Shown piece by piece: positions 37,701-52,200 of a stretch of DNA of 64,000 bases. Numbering within the stretch: the stretch's first letter is position 1; every line of letters starts with the position of its first letter. The position numbers were made by a program, and so were the translations under genes. The stretch spans positions 8,308,001 to 8,372,000 of the forward strand of contig CM120643.1 of NCBI GenBank assembly GCA_051362555.1. The letters run 5' to 3'. This DNA comes from Lingula anatina (lineage: Eukaryota; Animalia; Brachiopoda). The notes beneath the pieces were generated by a model that ran no database searches, had not been told where the DNA came from, and saw only the letters and a list, made by a program, of their open reading frames with translations.

Positions 37701-40700
37701 TCTTTTTATCTCCAAAACTGGCTGAGATAGGTCCGTAGTTACTATTGAACTTGAATAGGAAGTCATATACTGGCATTATAAATGTGACATTAAAATTGAC
37801 CTTTGTCCTACTTTTCACCATAAACTGAACTTTGCAAATTTTGCTTCCCTTTTATCTCCAAAACTGGCAGAGATAGGTCCATAGTTACTATTGAACTTGA
37901 ATAGAAAGTCATATACTGGCAATCTAAATGTGACCTTGAAATTGACCTTTGACCTACTTTTCACCATGAACTGAATTTTGCAAATTTTGCTTCCCTTTTA
38001 TCTCCAAAACTGGCTGAGATAGGTCCATAGTTACTATTGAAGTTGAATAGGAAGTCCTATACTGGCAATCTAAGTGTGACCTTGAAATTGACCTTTGACC
38101 TACTTTTTATCATGAACTGAACTCTGCTTATTTCTTTCTCTTTTAACTTCAAACTTGACAGAGATAGGTCCATAGTTACTCTTGAACTTGAATAGGAAGT
38201 CATATACTGGCAATTTACTGTGACCTTGAAATTGACCCTTGACCTACCTTACGAAGAACTTAAATTTGATTGTACCATATATATTTTTTGCAATAGTTAA
38301 AAAATTCTTGTTGATTGCATTTTTACAGCTTGTCAAGCACAAAACTGGTGGCTGTGTCCCTTATTTTGTGTACGGGGGGTCTATACGAATGCGTTTGCTC
38401 CAGCTGGTGGTACAATATTTGGAGGCGGTATCGCCTCTCTGATCCTCTAGTTGATTCTGTACCCAACTGATATATACATACAGTGTTTCCCCTGGCTTTC
38501 AAGCTCTGCGAGGTGGTAGGCAGTCCGCGATCCCAGCAATACTAGGGGGGTCCGGGGGCATGCTCCCCCGGAAAATTTTTTTAATCGAGGTGCAATTTGG
38601 TGCATTTTAGGGTATTTAGAACTGTTTTTTTTACATTTTATGTGGCACTGAATTGTCTTGTTTTAGATGTTTTGAGGAGTAAATTCAGTAATGACATAAC
38701 AAAGGTTTGGACAAAATTTATTTTCCAGTCTGTGCATTCACTATGTTTAGTCCTTTTCAGTTTATAGAACATACTCTTTCAAAAAAAAAAAAAAAAAAAA
38801 AAAAAGTTAATACTTTCAAAAAAAAAAAAAAAAAAAGTTAACGAGAAAAAGGGCTTACTACATTGAATTATTTTTAAATTGACAAAAAAGTTGATAAAAT
38901 ATGTTGTTTTTACCGTTTTCACATTCTTGTGAAAGTAACTGGTCAATATATTGACTTTGCGTGTGGGAGCGCTTCATCCTAATATAAAACTGCCGCAAAA
39001 GTTCTCTCTCTTGTCTTTCAGCGCAAAGCGACTCCCGCTACTAGTTATACGTAGTTTGAGATGTAATTTATAATCAACTTCAAACACCGTTAAATGAATT
39101 CTTCGGAATTAAAGAGATGAAAATCACACTTATCATCAATTTTAGTTCTCGTTTCTTCATTTATATGGTTCTATTCAGTCATGGAAATTCATATTCAATG
39201 CATAGGTTTTCACGCGAAATACTGACGTGACCCAGTTTTACAACGCTACTGCTTTCACAAAACTCACCCGTAAATCAATAGAAAATCTTCTCCAAGTTTA
39301 TAAAATCAACGAAGTCCACTTTATTTGCTCCTTTTTTATCAGTGAATATTCGTAAACTATAAAAACAAACAACAGGCGGTCTGAATTTCGGAACATGAAG
39401 TGATAGAGAAAGTGCATTCTTGACACGTGATTAAATGGTGTCAAGAACAGTTGCCTCGTTTCGCTCTGTTTCTTATACTTCAAATAAGGCACAGAACTGC
39501 GAAAACGAGGCACTCACAGGGAGATAGTAACTGCTGGTTATTTTTAGGCATACGCGCATGCGTCTTTCCGTTACTACTAAATCAAGTGCTCAGAAGCATG
39601 GGATTACGTATGTAAACAGAAAATGCCATATTTGCTTAGAAATAAATATAATTTTCAGTTAGCATGAGTGAAAATATACTTTGTTGTTCCATATAGTCCA
39701 GCGAGGCGGTGCTTTTGACAAATTTCAGCGAGGCGCTTGCAAATATCATCGAGGCGGGCGCCTCGCTCATTTAAGTGCAGGGGAAACACTGTACATACAT
39801 ATATCATGATGTTTTATGAGCTCAGAGGAGTTAGTTAAGTGTCTACAGATGACAGGGAGAGTGGATTATTGATGACATATTCATTTGGAGTCTAAATTCT
39901 GGGGCAATATTGCAGGCTCAGTATATTGGCAGTAGTTAATGATATTCTACTAGTTCTAAGGATATACACACTAACATGATCATGCAACATTTTAGTGAGT
40001 GTCTGGAACTGCGAAGCTACAAATTTCATTCAATAAAGGAGAAGAGAATACATTCCAGAAACATTTGCATCTTTTTTGTCGTAGGTCACCAAGGGGGATA
40101 CCCTTTTCATACCCAAGTCTTTGCAATTTTATGCATTCTTTGAGATAGATAAATGGCAAAAAAAAAAAAAAATGAAAAACAAACTTCCTTGTAGAGGTGT
40201 TTGTTAGTATGTTAGTGACTAACACTTCCTGAATTAAAAGAATTACAATCTTTTTTTACAAGACTTTATTTTGGTGTAACTGTTTATGCTAGCAATCATT
40301 GCTGATTTCTTTGTTAACATTATGGTACAAATATTATGAAATGATCTGCAGAATATAAAATTAAGCTTTTGTGTTTAATTTACTACCAACCTGGTAAGGT
40401 TTAGATATTGAACCTGCTGAAAAATAGTTAGCTTCAGGGTTTAAAAAAGAGCATATTCTGGTCATGGCAGTGAATTGCATTTTTGTCTTTTTTTTTTGTC
40501 ACAGTCAAGTTATATTCTACATACATGTCACACATTGATTTCATATACAATAAATGTTACTTCTTTGTAAGTGGATCCTAGCCACTATACCACTTAGCGG
40601 TCAGTAAGTAACAACATCTCACACCAGTCTGATAAAGGCCTACGTCCAGGTTGGCCGTAAGCTACTAGTAATGGTATAAAAGATTTTCAGCTTGTGTTTG

Positions 40701-43700
40701 ATAATATTTGTTTATGATCCAACTACCAAGCTAATGAACACTGTTGCTCAATAAATGTTACTCCTTGTTTTACAGAGCGACTGGCAACAAAAAGCTGAAG
40801 GAGACGGTGGCTCTGGAACTGAGTTTTGTCAATTCCAACCTCCAGTTACTGAAGGAAGAACTCTCAGACCTGAACAGTTCCGTACAGATATACCAGAGCA
40901 ACAAGTAAGTTTGCCTGTGAAATTAAGCAGTGCTTATTTTAATATCTTAACATTAATGTGTTAAACTGCTATGAACTATATTTTTGGATAGTTTTAAATT
41001 AAAAAATGAATGCAGGTAGGACATTTTAACAATTACGACTAGAACTTAAATACCACATGCACGTGCTTGTAATAAGTGGGGCTATTTCATCTTTTAAAAT
41101 GTGATCAGACCTAAATTTTCACATCTACAAATAATGGTACCTGTCAATTGACAAGCTAGAATTGCATTATTAACCATTTTGTTGTGTTTATATGTTGGTT
41201 AATTGTTGTTTCCATGTTCAGGTGTGTTCAGAACCGTACCAACTTAAATTGGGGAAGGTCAAAGGGCCATTCGATAGGAATTTCCCCTTCTCTTTTTTCT
41301 CCACAGAATGCTTTGCTTTTTGATAATCTCAGAGAAGTTGATTAAAAAAGCAATTGCTTCTAATTAGTTTTCACATGAAAGAGATTAAAAGTTTTATAGA
41401 AGGTAGTGGGGATGATACAGAGAGGGAACTACTGTAGAATGGCCCTCAACTGACATTCAGGAACCTTCACACCTTAATGCTATATATATTTTTTTCTTTA
41501 GATTCCATGATAATGCCAGTTGACAAATTTCTTGTTCTAAGTTAGAATGGTTCTGAATGCAAATTATGTTATTAACACAGTTTTGCTTGCAAATAGGACC
41601 TCACCCCATTCTGCGGAACCAAGTCCTATTGCACTTGTGAAATTCTGCTTACGATCGTAAGATGTGTGAATTTGCAGTTTGCGTGTGTTTGAAAGACCCA
41701 TTCTTGCAAAAATAGGTAGTCATGTTTAAGAGTAGAGGAGGAAGACACTTAAACATATTTAGTTTTAACTAGTTAGTTTGATTTGGTAGGTTTGATTCTG
41801 GCCTTCGTTATATCCACAATGTTTAAATTACATGTTATTATTAGCATTGCCATTGCTGAATATAGATACGGTAATGACTTCAACTTTTCAATGAGGAAAA
41901 ACTAACAATTTTTCAGATACATAATTTTAAATCATTAAAAATATATTTTTGTGTAGCATCTGTGGTGCTTTTTCTGTTTATATTAGAAGCAATAAAGTAG
42001 CATGCTTATCAGTTTTGTTGCTATCACTCAAAAAGAATGTTCTAACATTAAGAATTTGTGATTTGAAAAAATACAATAACTGTAAAATTCATAATTTTTC
42101 CCCATTGAAAAGATTGAGTCAATACTATAATGGGTATTACTGTGCCCAGCAACTGTCCAACCAGTGCTTCTTTCTAAGCAGATATCTTCTAACCTGTGGT
42201 TATGAAAAAAAAAAAGGAGGAAAAAATAACCAGTCATGTATGTTGACCACACTTCCCCAGGTTCAAGAAAAGGTCAAGAAAATAGTTGTCTACTGAGCTG
42301 TGTACTGAGCTATGAAAAGTGAAGTGTTTTCATGGCAGTAAATAAAGTCACTGTCGTTAACCACATAACAAAAAGAATTTTGTTGAAAGTGTTCTATTTT
42401 GTTGAAATAGTATTCCACAAATTAGTTTTTGTGATAACTATTAATAATATACCCCTGGGTCATTAATTGTTTTTTGACTCATCAAAGTAACATCACTACA
42501 CCCTTGACCTCCCAAAAGTATTTGCTGATTACTTAAACCATCCTAATAGTTTTGATCCCTGAACATCTGTATTAAAAACATTTTGAAAGTCACTGGAGGT
42601 CAATTGATGTGCAATCGTTTCAAAATGTTGACTGTGAATTCTGCCACGTTGCAGTTGACCTGATCGTAATTGCTGACACAAGTCTGTGTATTTTCTGTTT
42701 TTATAAAAGTACAAATCCAAAAGAAGTTCAGTGGCCTGGCAGTATCTGTTGTTTTCTGTGCAGGGTACCCTGGAGTAACCTGTATTTAAACTCCAGTTTG
42801 GAATGTGTGCATGGTACCTTTGAGTATAACCTGTATGTATAGTAGATAGACACCAATTTAGGATCTGTGCATGAAACCCTAGAGTAACCTGTATCTATAC
42901 TTCAGTGTGGGGTTTGTGCATGAAACCCTGGAACAACCTGTATTTTGACGCCAATATGTGGAATGTGTGCATGGTTCCTTGGAGTAACCTGTATTTATAC
43001 CCCAATGTGGAATTTGTGCACGGTACCTTGGAGAAATCTGTATTAATACTTGGACATTGACAGGCACTGCAGTGGCTGTCATGATCAGCTTGTTGTGAAA
43101 AATTTAGACTGCAGTTTAAGGTCATCATATGGCTGGTATATTCTTAGCATTTAAATCTTTATCATGAAATATTTTGATAATTGAGCAATTAAAAGCATAT
43201 TTGAGGATAGCAAAGTTGAATTTTAAATAGAAAAAGACTTGTGCTTTTGCGTGTCCTTGCCTGGATTTTTGCCCCTAGCTTTCTGATTAGAAAGTGCTAA
43301 TTACAAAAAGATATGCATTTGATTTGTGAACCATTGAAAGGGTTTTGTTTTCATGGCTTTATTTTTAGAGTTGTATATTCATTCCCTATATAATCCCCTC
43401 TTTTTGTGTGTATTTGCAGTGTGAATGGAAATGAAATTTTGCATGCTTTTCTCTACAATGTCTTGAATTGAGATTGCAGTTTGGAATTGTTTGTTCCATT
43501 GTGATACGGTTTCACCATTATCATGATTAGCAGATATTCAGGTTTTGATTCCTACATGCTATGACATTTGGAAAACATGATTTTGTCATCAACAGGATTA
43601 TTGACATGTAAATTATCTGTAAAGGGGTGAATGTAAAATGGATACTGTTTGTGACGAGAGAAAGGATTGTATGGCATCCTTGCATTTATTACACAATACA

Positions 43701-46700
43701 ATTTTTTTAACACTAATTTATGGAAAAATATGACACACCTCAATCCAGAATAAATCTTTAGCAGTCCACTGAAGTTAAGAATGGGCCTTAAACATCTATC
43801 CTGTTTAAAATAGACCATATATTATCGTCATCGTGGACTTGCTAATTATATACTACACAATCATTATGGAACGTCAATGTAGTCTTAAATTTTTTGCGTC
43901 CTCAGAGTTCAGTCAAACTTTGGACTGAAGTTTTTTATCAGCTCACATTGCATCATTCAAAAACTGCTTCATAAACACCTGTTGCTCTGTGGAAAAATGT
44001 GCGTATAATGGGGCAAGGCGAGCTTATTTATGGCGCCCAACGCATCCCGAGTGCTGCCTATTGTAAAGTGTGATTTTTCTACCACGTTTTCACTTATGTC
44101 ATGTAACATACTTGTTTCTGTTACGGAACTGGTCATGTTAAAAATGATTGATTGGATGTACCATGTTTTATTTTCAGTGCCCAGAATGTTCCAATGATTC
44201 CACTTGGCCTTAAAGAGACCCAGGAAGTTGACCTCAGCATTCCATTAAAGGTACTTAAAGAAAACATGTTTGGAAGGAATAATCCATTTTTTTTTTCTAC
44301 AATCAACAGCTTGATATTGAGATAGTTGAGATATTTCAATGTCTGACAGAGCATTTTCATCAGGGAATGAGGCTCTCCAGGTAAATAGCCTCTATTCAGG
44401 AGATATACTTCCCCTCCCCCCTTTTCCCCTATTGCCCACCAAATTGAAGTAAGGGAGGTAAAGTATTTTAAAATTAAGCTATTGATTGAAAAAAAAAACT
44501 TTATTTTTATAACATAACACAGTTGATAATATTCTTCTCTGATATTTGGAAGGGAAAATAAAGTTGTGCCCCTCAGATTTCATAATGTTCATGTTTGGGT
44601 TTTTATTATCAATGCACTCTGCTTGATCAATTTCTCTTATTACTATTTTTTCACAAGGCTGTTTTTTTTTCATTAATTTGATAACTTGTACGTAGTTGTT
44701 TTCCTAGGCATAGCTCAATAACAAATTAGGAAATTGAAAATTTTCTGTGTATGTTTGTTGTTGTTGTTGTTGAAGTAAAGTTTTGTGTTTCTTTCCAGGA
44801 CTACATATCAGAACATTACAGTGAGGAAGGAGAGAAATTTCAGTTTGAGATCCAGGAGCTTATGGACATGAGACAGGTAATGTATGGAGCACTGACAGTT
44901 AAAACAGGTGGGGGGGAATCCCAGTTATCCTTAGTTGATTGATAGTGGCTATATAATCACAAGATTTTCTGACTTTTGACGAGCCAAAAATATCATTGGC
45001 CTGGTGATAGAAGGTGATGGATCCAAAGGAGGTTGGGTGGAAGCAAAGTGAAGGAATGGGAGTGGGGTCCAACATAATAGGGTCAAAGTTAGGCTACTGT
45101 TGGACTGGGAAATAGAGAACAAGTTGAAGATGGTCTTCTGGAATGCAAGGGATAAAGGCAGGGGCAAAAACTGTGAATATTAGGCAGCAGGAGGATGGAA
45201 ATTTGGGATATATCCTGCATGGCAGAAAAAAAGGACTGAAAAAGAGATGTTTCATTAGGAATGGGCAATTGTTAGATTGTTTTTCCTGGACTTGCAAAAG
45301 TTAGTTGATATCATTTGGATAGGGCAAAATAGGAGTGAGAGAAAAATTGATAAAAGGGGTACATTACAACTCAAAAATTTGAGTAGATCTGATACTTGAT
45401 CTGCAAGGGAACAAATTATAAAGAGAGGTAGTAACTTTATCATCAAGGTAGATTTCCTGTGGCAGGTGTCAAAGATTATAGATATCCTGCTTTAAATGCA
45501 CCCTTCCAGGCATGTCTAGACAGCTTTTAAATTATGTGGCAGGGATTCAACTGCACCTAACTTTACCTTACCTTGAGTTCATTCTAAATTGTGATTTTCC
45601 CATCGAGGATTATAATTATTTATTGTGGCAAAAACAGTTAAAAATATTATTAAATTGTTATAATATTTATTTATTTCACTTATTTTGTTTATTTAGAATT
45701 CCTTAGTAAAAGAATTAATAGAAATATAAGATTTGTAACCAGGAAAAGTAGATCTGTACATTAAAACAAGGTTTTTCACTACCTTTTACAGCTGACACAC
45801 AGCTAGGGAGTATGCAGAAATGCCATAGGATTTATTTATGTTTTTTAGTCCTACTGACTGTTCAAATGACTAACTTACTGCCAGAATGATGTCAGACATC
45901 TGTGATGGTGTCATACATCTGTTACTGCCCAGACAGCAGACCTGACAGTACGTGCTAGATAGCTATGAGAATAATTTCACGTCACTGTCTGACTTGTGAT
46001 TTTAAAACGGTGTTTTGTATTTCGCAATCCCCAATTGGTGAAAGGTAATTTGAGATATAATGTAGAAATTATCTTTTGTTGAAGTTTTCAGCCTGTGTGT
46101 TGTTGTAAAGTACTCGTCAGTGCAGTGAGGTATATTTAAACCATGCCCTTGTTTCACAAAAGTACATAAGCCCCAGGTTCATTTTAATGTGAAAACAGAA
46201 ATTTTACTACTTTGACCTGGGAGAAACTGAAGTACTGTTAGTCATTATGAGCAGGTGGATAGATATGCTTATGAAGTAAAATTTCAGTGCTTTGGGGACT
46301 TCCTGAAAAATGCGCAGTAGTGTCAGCTTCCATTATCAGTACATTATAATATTTAGTAATTCAGTCTGATTTACACTCAGGCACCTGTCTCCAAGTATTT
46401 TTAGCAAAACCTTTGAGAAATCAGCTTATTTTTAATCTGACTCTTAATACATGGGCAGATAAAAATGATCAATATTCTGCTGGCAAGAACTACACATGCT
46501 AGCATGAGCCAAGATTTCGCATCTGGTATTAGAATTCTATCTGATGCTGCCAGACATGCCTGTAATACCAGATCCTCAGTCTATCTCTGTGATGCTGTTT
46601 GTGTTTGTATGGCATGGCCTGGCCCTAAGGCCCCATTCAGAATAGGGGACTAACTAGTCCAAGGGTCAAATATGGCGGACCCACTTGAATACTTCCCCAC

Positions 46701-47503
46701 GAGATATCTGTTCAGTGTCTATTAGCGGATTAGAATGCAACCTTTGTATTGGGTCGCCATATTTGACCCGCGGACAAGTTAGTCCCCAATTCTGAATGGG
46801 CCCTAAGTCTAGCATGCCTTGAGTTTTTCTTCCTGCTGATCCTTGGCTCCATTCATGAGAATGAGTGGCATTCCAGCTGCATCTGGCACTGTACATTATA
46901 GGTTGGGGTATTTGGTTATGTACTTGACAGGTTTTGAATGTACTTTTACTCCAAATTTAGTTCAGTTTTCCAAGAAAATAAATAGTAATTACGAAATGTC
47001 TTCAAATACAATAATTTTATGGAATCATGTGTTTATCTTTGGTTGAACTTGCAATTTTTCTCTTATCATTGCTACATTCAGAGCTAAATGGCTCAATTTA
47101 CACCAAATCAAACAAATATTATTTAGATATTTCATGATTGCAATAATCAATTTTAAAAGCTGTATATTGTAAAATATTACTTTATTCTTAAACAAAAGAA
47201 TTTCATGTCAGCATCATAATCAGTTTTTCATTATAAGTTTAACATTAATGTTTAAATTTGTTTTTTCTCAGGCCATGAGGACCCCTCAAAGATCCCCCCT
47301 GGGTCTGGAGTTACTATATCAGTATTACAACCAGTTGTATTTCATAGAGAAGAGGTTCTTCCCAACAGACAGGAGTCTGGGGATATACTTCCATTGGTGA
47401 GTTGACGTGTTTTACTGTTAGAGGAAATGGAAGACACTGATATTAGAAACTTCTGAAGATAAGAAACTTTTTTCACAAGTCTTCTCTTACTCTCTCTTTG
47501 TCC

Positions 47504-47591
<88 letters not shown>

Positions 47592-49209
47592 ATTTGAGAG
47601 TGAAGAAGATGTATTATGAATTCCATTGCACAGTTCTATTGTTTATATCCCAGTTTGGACCATGTACAATTTTAGAGCAAAAAGGGTGGCTAAAAACTCT
47701 TTCTCAATTCTTCTCTCTATCTCTCCCAGGTATGACTCCCTGACAGGTGTTCCCACAGCTCAGAAGACAATGGGGTTTGAAAAGGGCAGTGTGCTGTTTA
47801 ACATAGCAGCTCTCTACACACAGATTGGTGCTAGATCGGTAAGGGTTCAGCTCTGATGATTCTTTATGATTTGAGTTGAATTGAACAAACTTACTGTATT
47901 GTTTTGAATGGCTTTGATTATACATCCCCAGATGTGGAGTAAATTGTCACTTGACTAGTACCATTAAATTGTAGATACTATATTAGATGCTTATGTCACT
48001 TAAATGATATTAACATTTGTATATGCAAGTACAGTGATTGATCTATGAATTAATTAGAATGATTTTTGTTAATGTAAGTTGTTGATAGACCTTGCATTGT
48101 TGCTTCACAGGATCGGTCCAAGGTTGAAGGAATTGACTCGGCCATTTGTAATTTTGAACAAGCAGCAGGCACGTTTGTATACTTGCGGGATAGATTCAGC
48201 CATGCGCCGAGCATGGACATGCAGCCACACACTCTTACAATGTTGGGACACTTAATGCTGGTAAGACACAACTTGCAGACACAGTGGGTTTTTGTATTGA
48301 AAAAATATTTTGTACATTTAAGACTTTGGCAGGGACATTTTACTTTGATTGTTTAGTTGAGCTTTTTTTCCCCCATACTGTATGATTCAAGAAATTTGTG
48401 GAAGTAAAATAAAGGAATATTTAATATGGGCAGTATTTCTTTTCTCTGTCTATAAATTGGATGTTCTGTTTATGAGATGAGATTTGACTGTGACAGTTTA
48501 TGTATGTCCAGTAATTATGTGCTCTTTTCACATTTGAGACTGAAATTAAGTTTTCTCCATTTTTATTTTCAGGCACAAGCACAAGAATGTGTGTTTGAGA
48601 AACAGACACTAGGTGGTGTCCAAGATGGGCTACAAAATTGTCTTGAAGTAGCACATGAAGCAGCACAGGTCTGTAACTCTTGGTTGTATTCTTAAAGTAT
48701 TGTGATTAATGTGTTTTTGTAATGTGAAAATTTAATTGTAAGATTGAAAAATTTATTTATTCATTTGCAGTGTTAATTTGATGAAAGATGGACTGTGCTG
48801 TACATACGTGTAGCATGTGACAAATATAACGTAATTCATATATTATCTCTTGTACTTTGTCTAAGCTTTTACACTGTCTTTGAAAAAAAAAAAACTGTAT
48901 TTAAACCAGTCCGTAACCTACACGTTTTCTACAGGTTTCCAAACTTTACAATGAGACCCACAAAATGATGTCATCTACCCAACTGAAAGACTACGTCCCA
49001 TTCTCCTGGATCTCCATGGTGTTGGTGAAGTCTCAGCACTATAGGGCTCTGTCACATTACTACACAGCAGTGGGGCTACTAGATCAGAAAGGTGAGGTTA
49101 ATTCTCTGAATTTATCTTACAGAATCTTTCAGATGCTTTTTATGTTACTTTTAGATAACAGAAAGTGTTTAATACTGTACAGAAGAATTCATAAGTCTTT
49201 TATGTAGTT

Positions 49210-49272
<63 letters not shown>

Positions 49273-52200
49273 TTAGTATTCTAAAATCAAATTTTTGTCT
49301 TATATCTCAATAGTTTGCAAGATCTCAAAAGTGTTTTTATCTTTTTTAATCTTAATTTACTAATAATTGGTTCTTACAATACTGTTAAACAGCAGCATAA
49401 ATTACTGATAAATTCTGACATATAGCCTTAAATTTATATATTGATTACTCTAGATTTTGGATCATTTCTGCTGATTTCAGACAGTAACAATGTGGAGTTA
49501 TTAGCTGGGCTGTTCTCAGAGCTTTACCTGGACTCAAGCAGTTCCACTCTTACAACACACTCACCAACCAAAGAGGAGGAGAGAACCACGCTGGGTAAGT
49601 GGACCATATCTGATCTCTGAGGCTAAATTAATTAATGTATTTATTCATAATTAACGCTTAGTACTTACCTAAGCTGTCAAAATGAGTGTTGTACAAAAGA
49701 AAATAAAATTGGTAAGTTTAGACAGTATCATTGAAGCCTCATTTCATATGAAGCTTTGCATAAAGGAAATAAATGAATAGATCTTCTTCTTTCTTTAAGT
49801 CATAGGAGTAATCTAGAATTCTATGCTGTCTTATTGTGCCAGCTGACTACTTTCTGAATCTTCAAGACCTGCTTTGTAGCATAACATTACTTGTCTTATC
49901 AAAAACCGCATTAAATATTAATTTGTCCCCCACCTTTTTCAGGTAAAGCTCACCTGAGAGAGGCTATGATAATGCACGAGGATTCCATGAGGGTTCATAC
50001 ATTGTGTAAACAGTTAAGGAAAATTGACACATTCCAAGAAATACTAAAGCAGGCACATGACAGGTTAGATAGAATGCAACAGGTGGTGTTTGGGTAACAG
50101 TCTGTTTTGACGTGGTAGTCTTTAATGGGGTACAATTGCAATATGGGATTTGTACTGTTTTGTTGGACACTCATTGCTGAATATAGTTCTGTACAGATTG
50201 ATTCTTTACACCTTTATAACTGGAAGTGAAGAAATTTTTTGTTAGTTACTTAAAAATTTAACTGATACTCTACTAGCCAATATAATTGCATCTGTTACAT
50301 ACTTATTATTAGTAGAAAAGTCATATATTTGACAATAATTATAGGTACATCATTATTTTAAAAAATGCTTGTTTTCATATTTCCTTTGGGCCATATTTTG
50401 TATAATGACTGAAGCTTATAGTGCACATTGTCAACTATTTCTAGGTCCCTCTCAAGGTTTGCTGATTTAGAAGAGGAAGATGATTTCTCATTAGATTTAC
50501 AAACAGTGCCTGTGGTGAAACGTAAGAGAACTTTGTATCAAGGATGACCTTTGTCAGTATTCTGACATGTTGAATTTTTCACTGAAATTCTCATTTGAGA
50601 CATCTGTATTCTACAACCATATTGGTGCTAAATTCTCTCAATTGAATGAAGATATGTAGTTGTTACTTAGTGTTCTTTCTCTCCAGAAAAAAAAATTGTT
50701 CATGATATTTTAATATTTTATATATTTACCTAACATTGAATGAAAATTTTGCAAAACGGCTTTATACAAGTCACTGATGCTGAAACTATTGTTAGCACCA
50801 AGCATACTGTAAATACACGTACATCTTTGAAAATTCTAATAGGACAATGCAGTGAATATTGATGGAAGTTAAAATATTCTTGATTTAACATTCTTGTCTT
50901 GTTTTAATTTTAGATTCTACCAAACAAGCAATCAAGACAATCCCTCCAGATTTCGCAAAGCACAAAGTGCGAGATTTATTTGAAAAACTGGTAAGTGACT
51001 GGTTGTTCACGATACACAAATACCTTCTAATAATCAATATACATTTCAGATTTCTGTTCAGTTTGATTGGAAAACGTGCACTGGCATTGTGGGTATGTAA
51101 TGGCTAAATATTGGATGTGCAAACTTTGGTGCATCATTTTTATTACATGATAAATGTGTTTGAAATTGGCACAATTTTTTAGAAAAATTTCTGTAAGAAC
51201 AACTTATCAATTTATTCACACCATCCTTCAGAACTTGACTAAACTTTTTAAATGCACCGTATGTATATTTCTAGGGTCCAATAGCTATATTTTCTGCCAA
51301 GAATCACTGGTCTGCCCCTAGAACTCTTGAACTGACCAAGAACACCAATGAAGGGTATGGATTCAGTGTACGAGGGGATTCCCCTGTTATCATAGCAGCC
51401 GTGGAAGATGGGAGTATTTGTGAGGTGGGGGATTTTGCAATAGCTTGTTGATAATTGTCTTTTATCCTGTAATTGTTTTTAGACGATAAAATGATGTGGT
51501 TGATGCCTAAATCACTTAATAAGTTCATTTGGATTTATCTGTTACACTGTAACTAATTTTAGAATCCAAAAGGAAGCAGATGAATTTAAGGTTTGATGAC
51601 AAATTGCACAGAAACCAAAATCTTTGAAGCAATTTTTCAGAAATGACAATATTTTGTTTCTACAGAGAGCAGGCATGAGGGTGGGAGACTTCATCATATC
51701 AGTGGGAGACTCTGACACAAAATGGTCCAAGCATGAAGAAATGGTAGCACTGATCAGAGCAGCTGGGAACAGCCTGTCATTGAGACTAGTGACACCTATG
51801 GACAAGAACTACCTACAACCTGCCAGCAAGAAAGCATATCACACGTATAGTGGAGGCGCTACGAGCGGAGAAGGTATTATAAAAATTAAATGTCTGAAGA
51901 TGTCTTTAAGGCAGATTTTGATTTGTTATTGCAGTCTCAACAGGACATTATTTCCTAAAAGTTTTTCTTATTATAGATTTTTTAAATTTTATGTACGTTT
52001 ACAAACTTTTTTGACATTACATGCACAGTTAAAACTTGATTAAAATGTTTATATGGTACCATCTGTGTTACCAAATCATGTAAATCTCTTCATTGACAAC
52101 CAAGCATTTGGTTGACCGTAAATGTACCAAAATAAGGTTGGCAAGAATGCTTGTGCACTGATTATGTTTAACCATTATATTAACTGATTATATTTAAACA

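Noticed and set aside
35911-37821. Three similar 101-aa ORFs (MVKSR...) on the minus strand
   Set aside because: Chance read-through of satellite monomers. The similarity comes from the tandem repeat, and there is no splice or domain evidence.
29803-38250. Regularly spaced repeats resembling a CRISPR array
   Set aside because: Monomers are contiguous 146-bp tandem units with no unique spacers, there are no cas genes, and the context is a eukaryotic intron.
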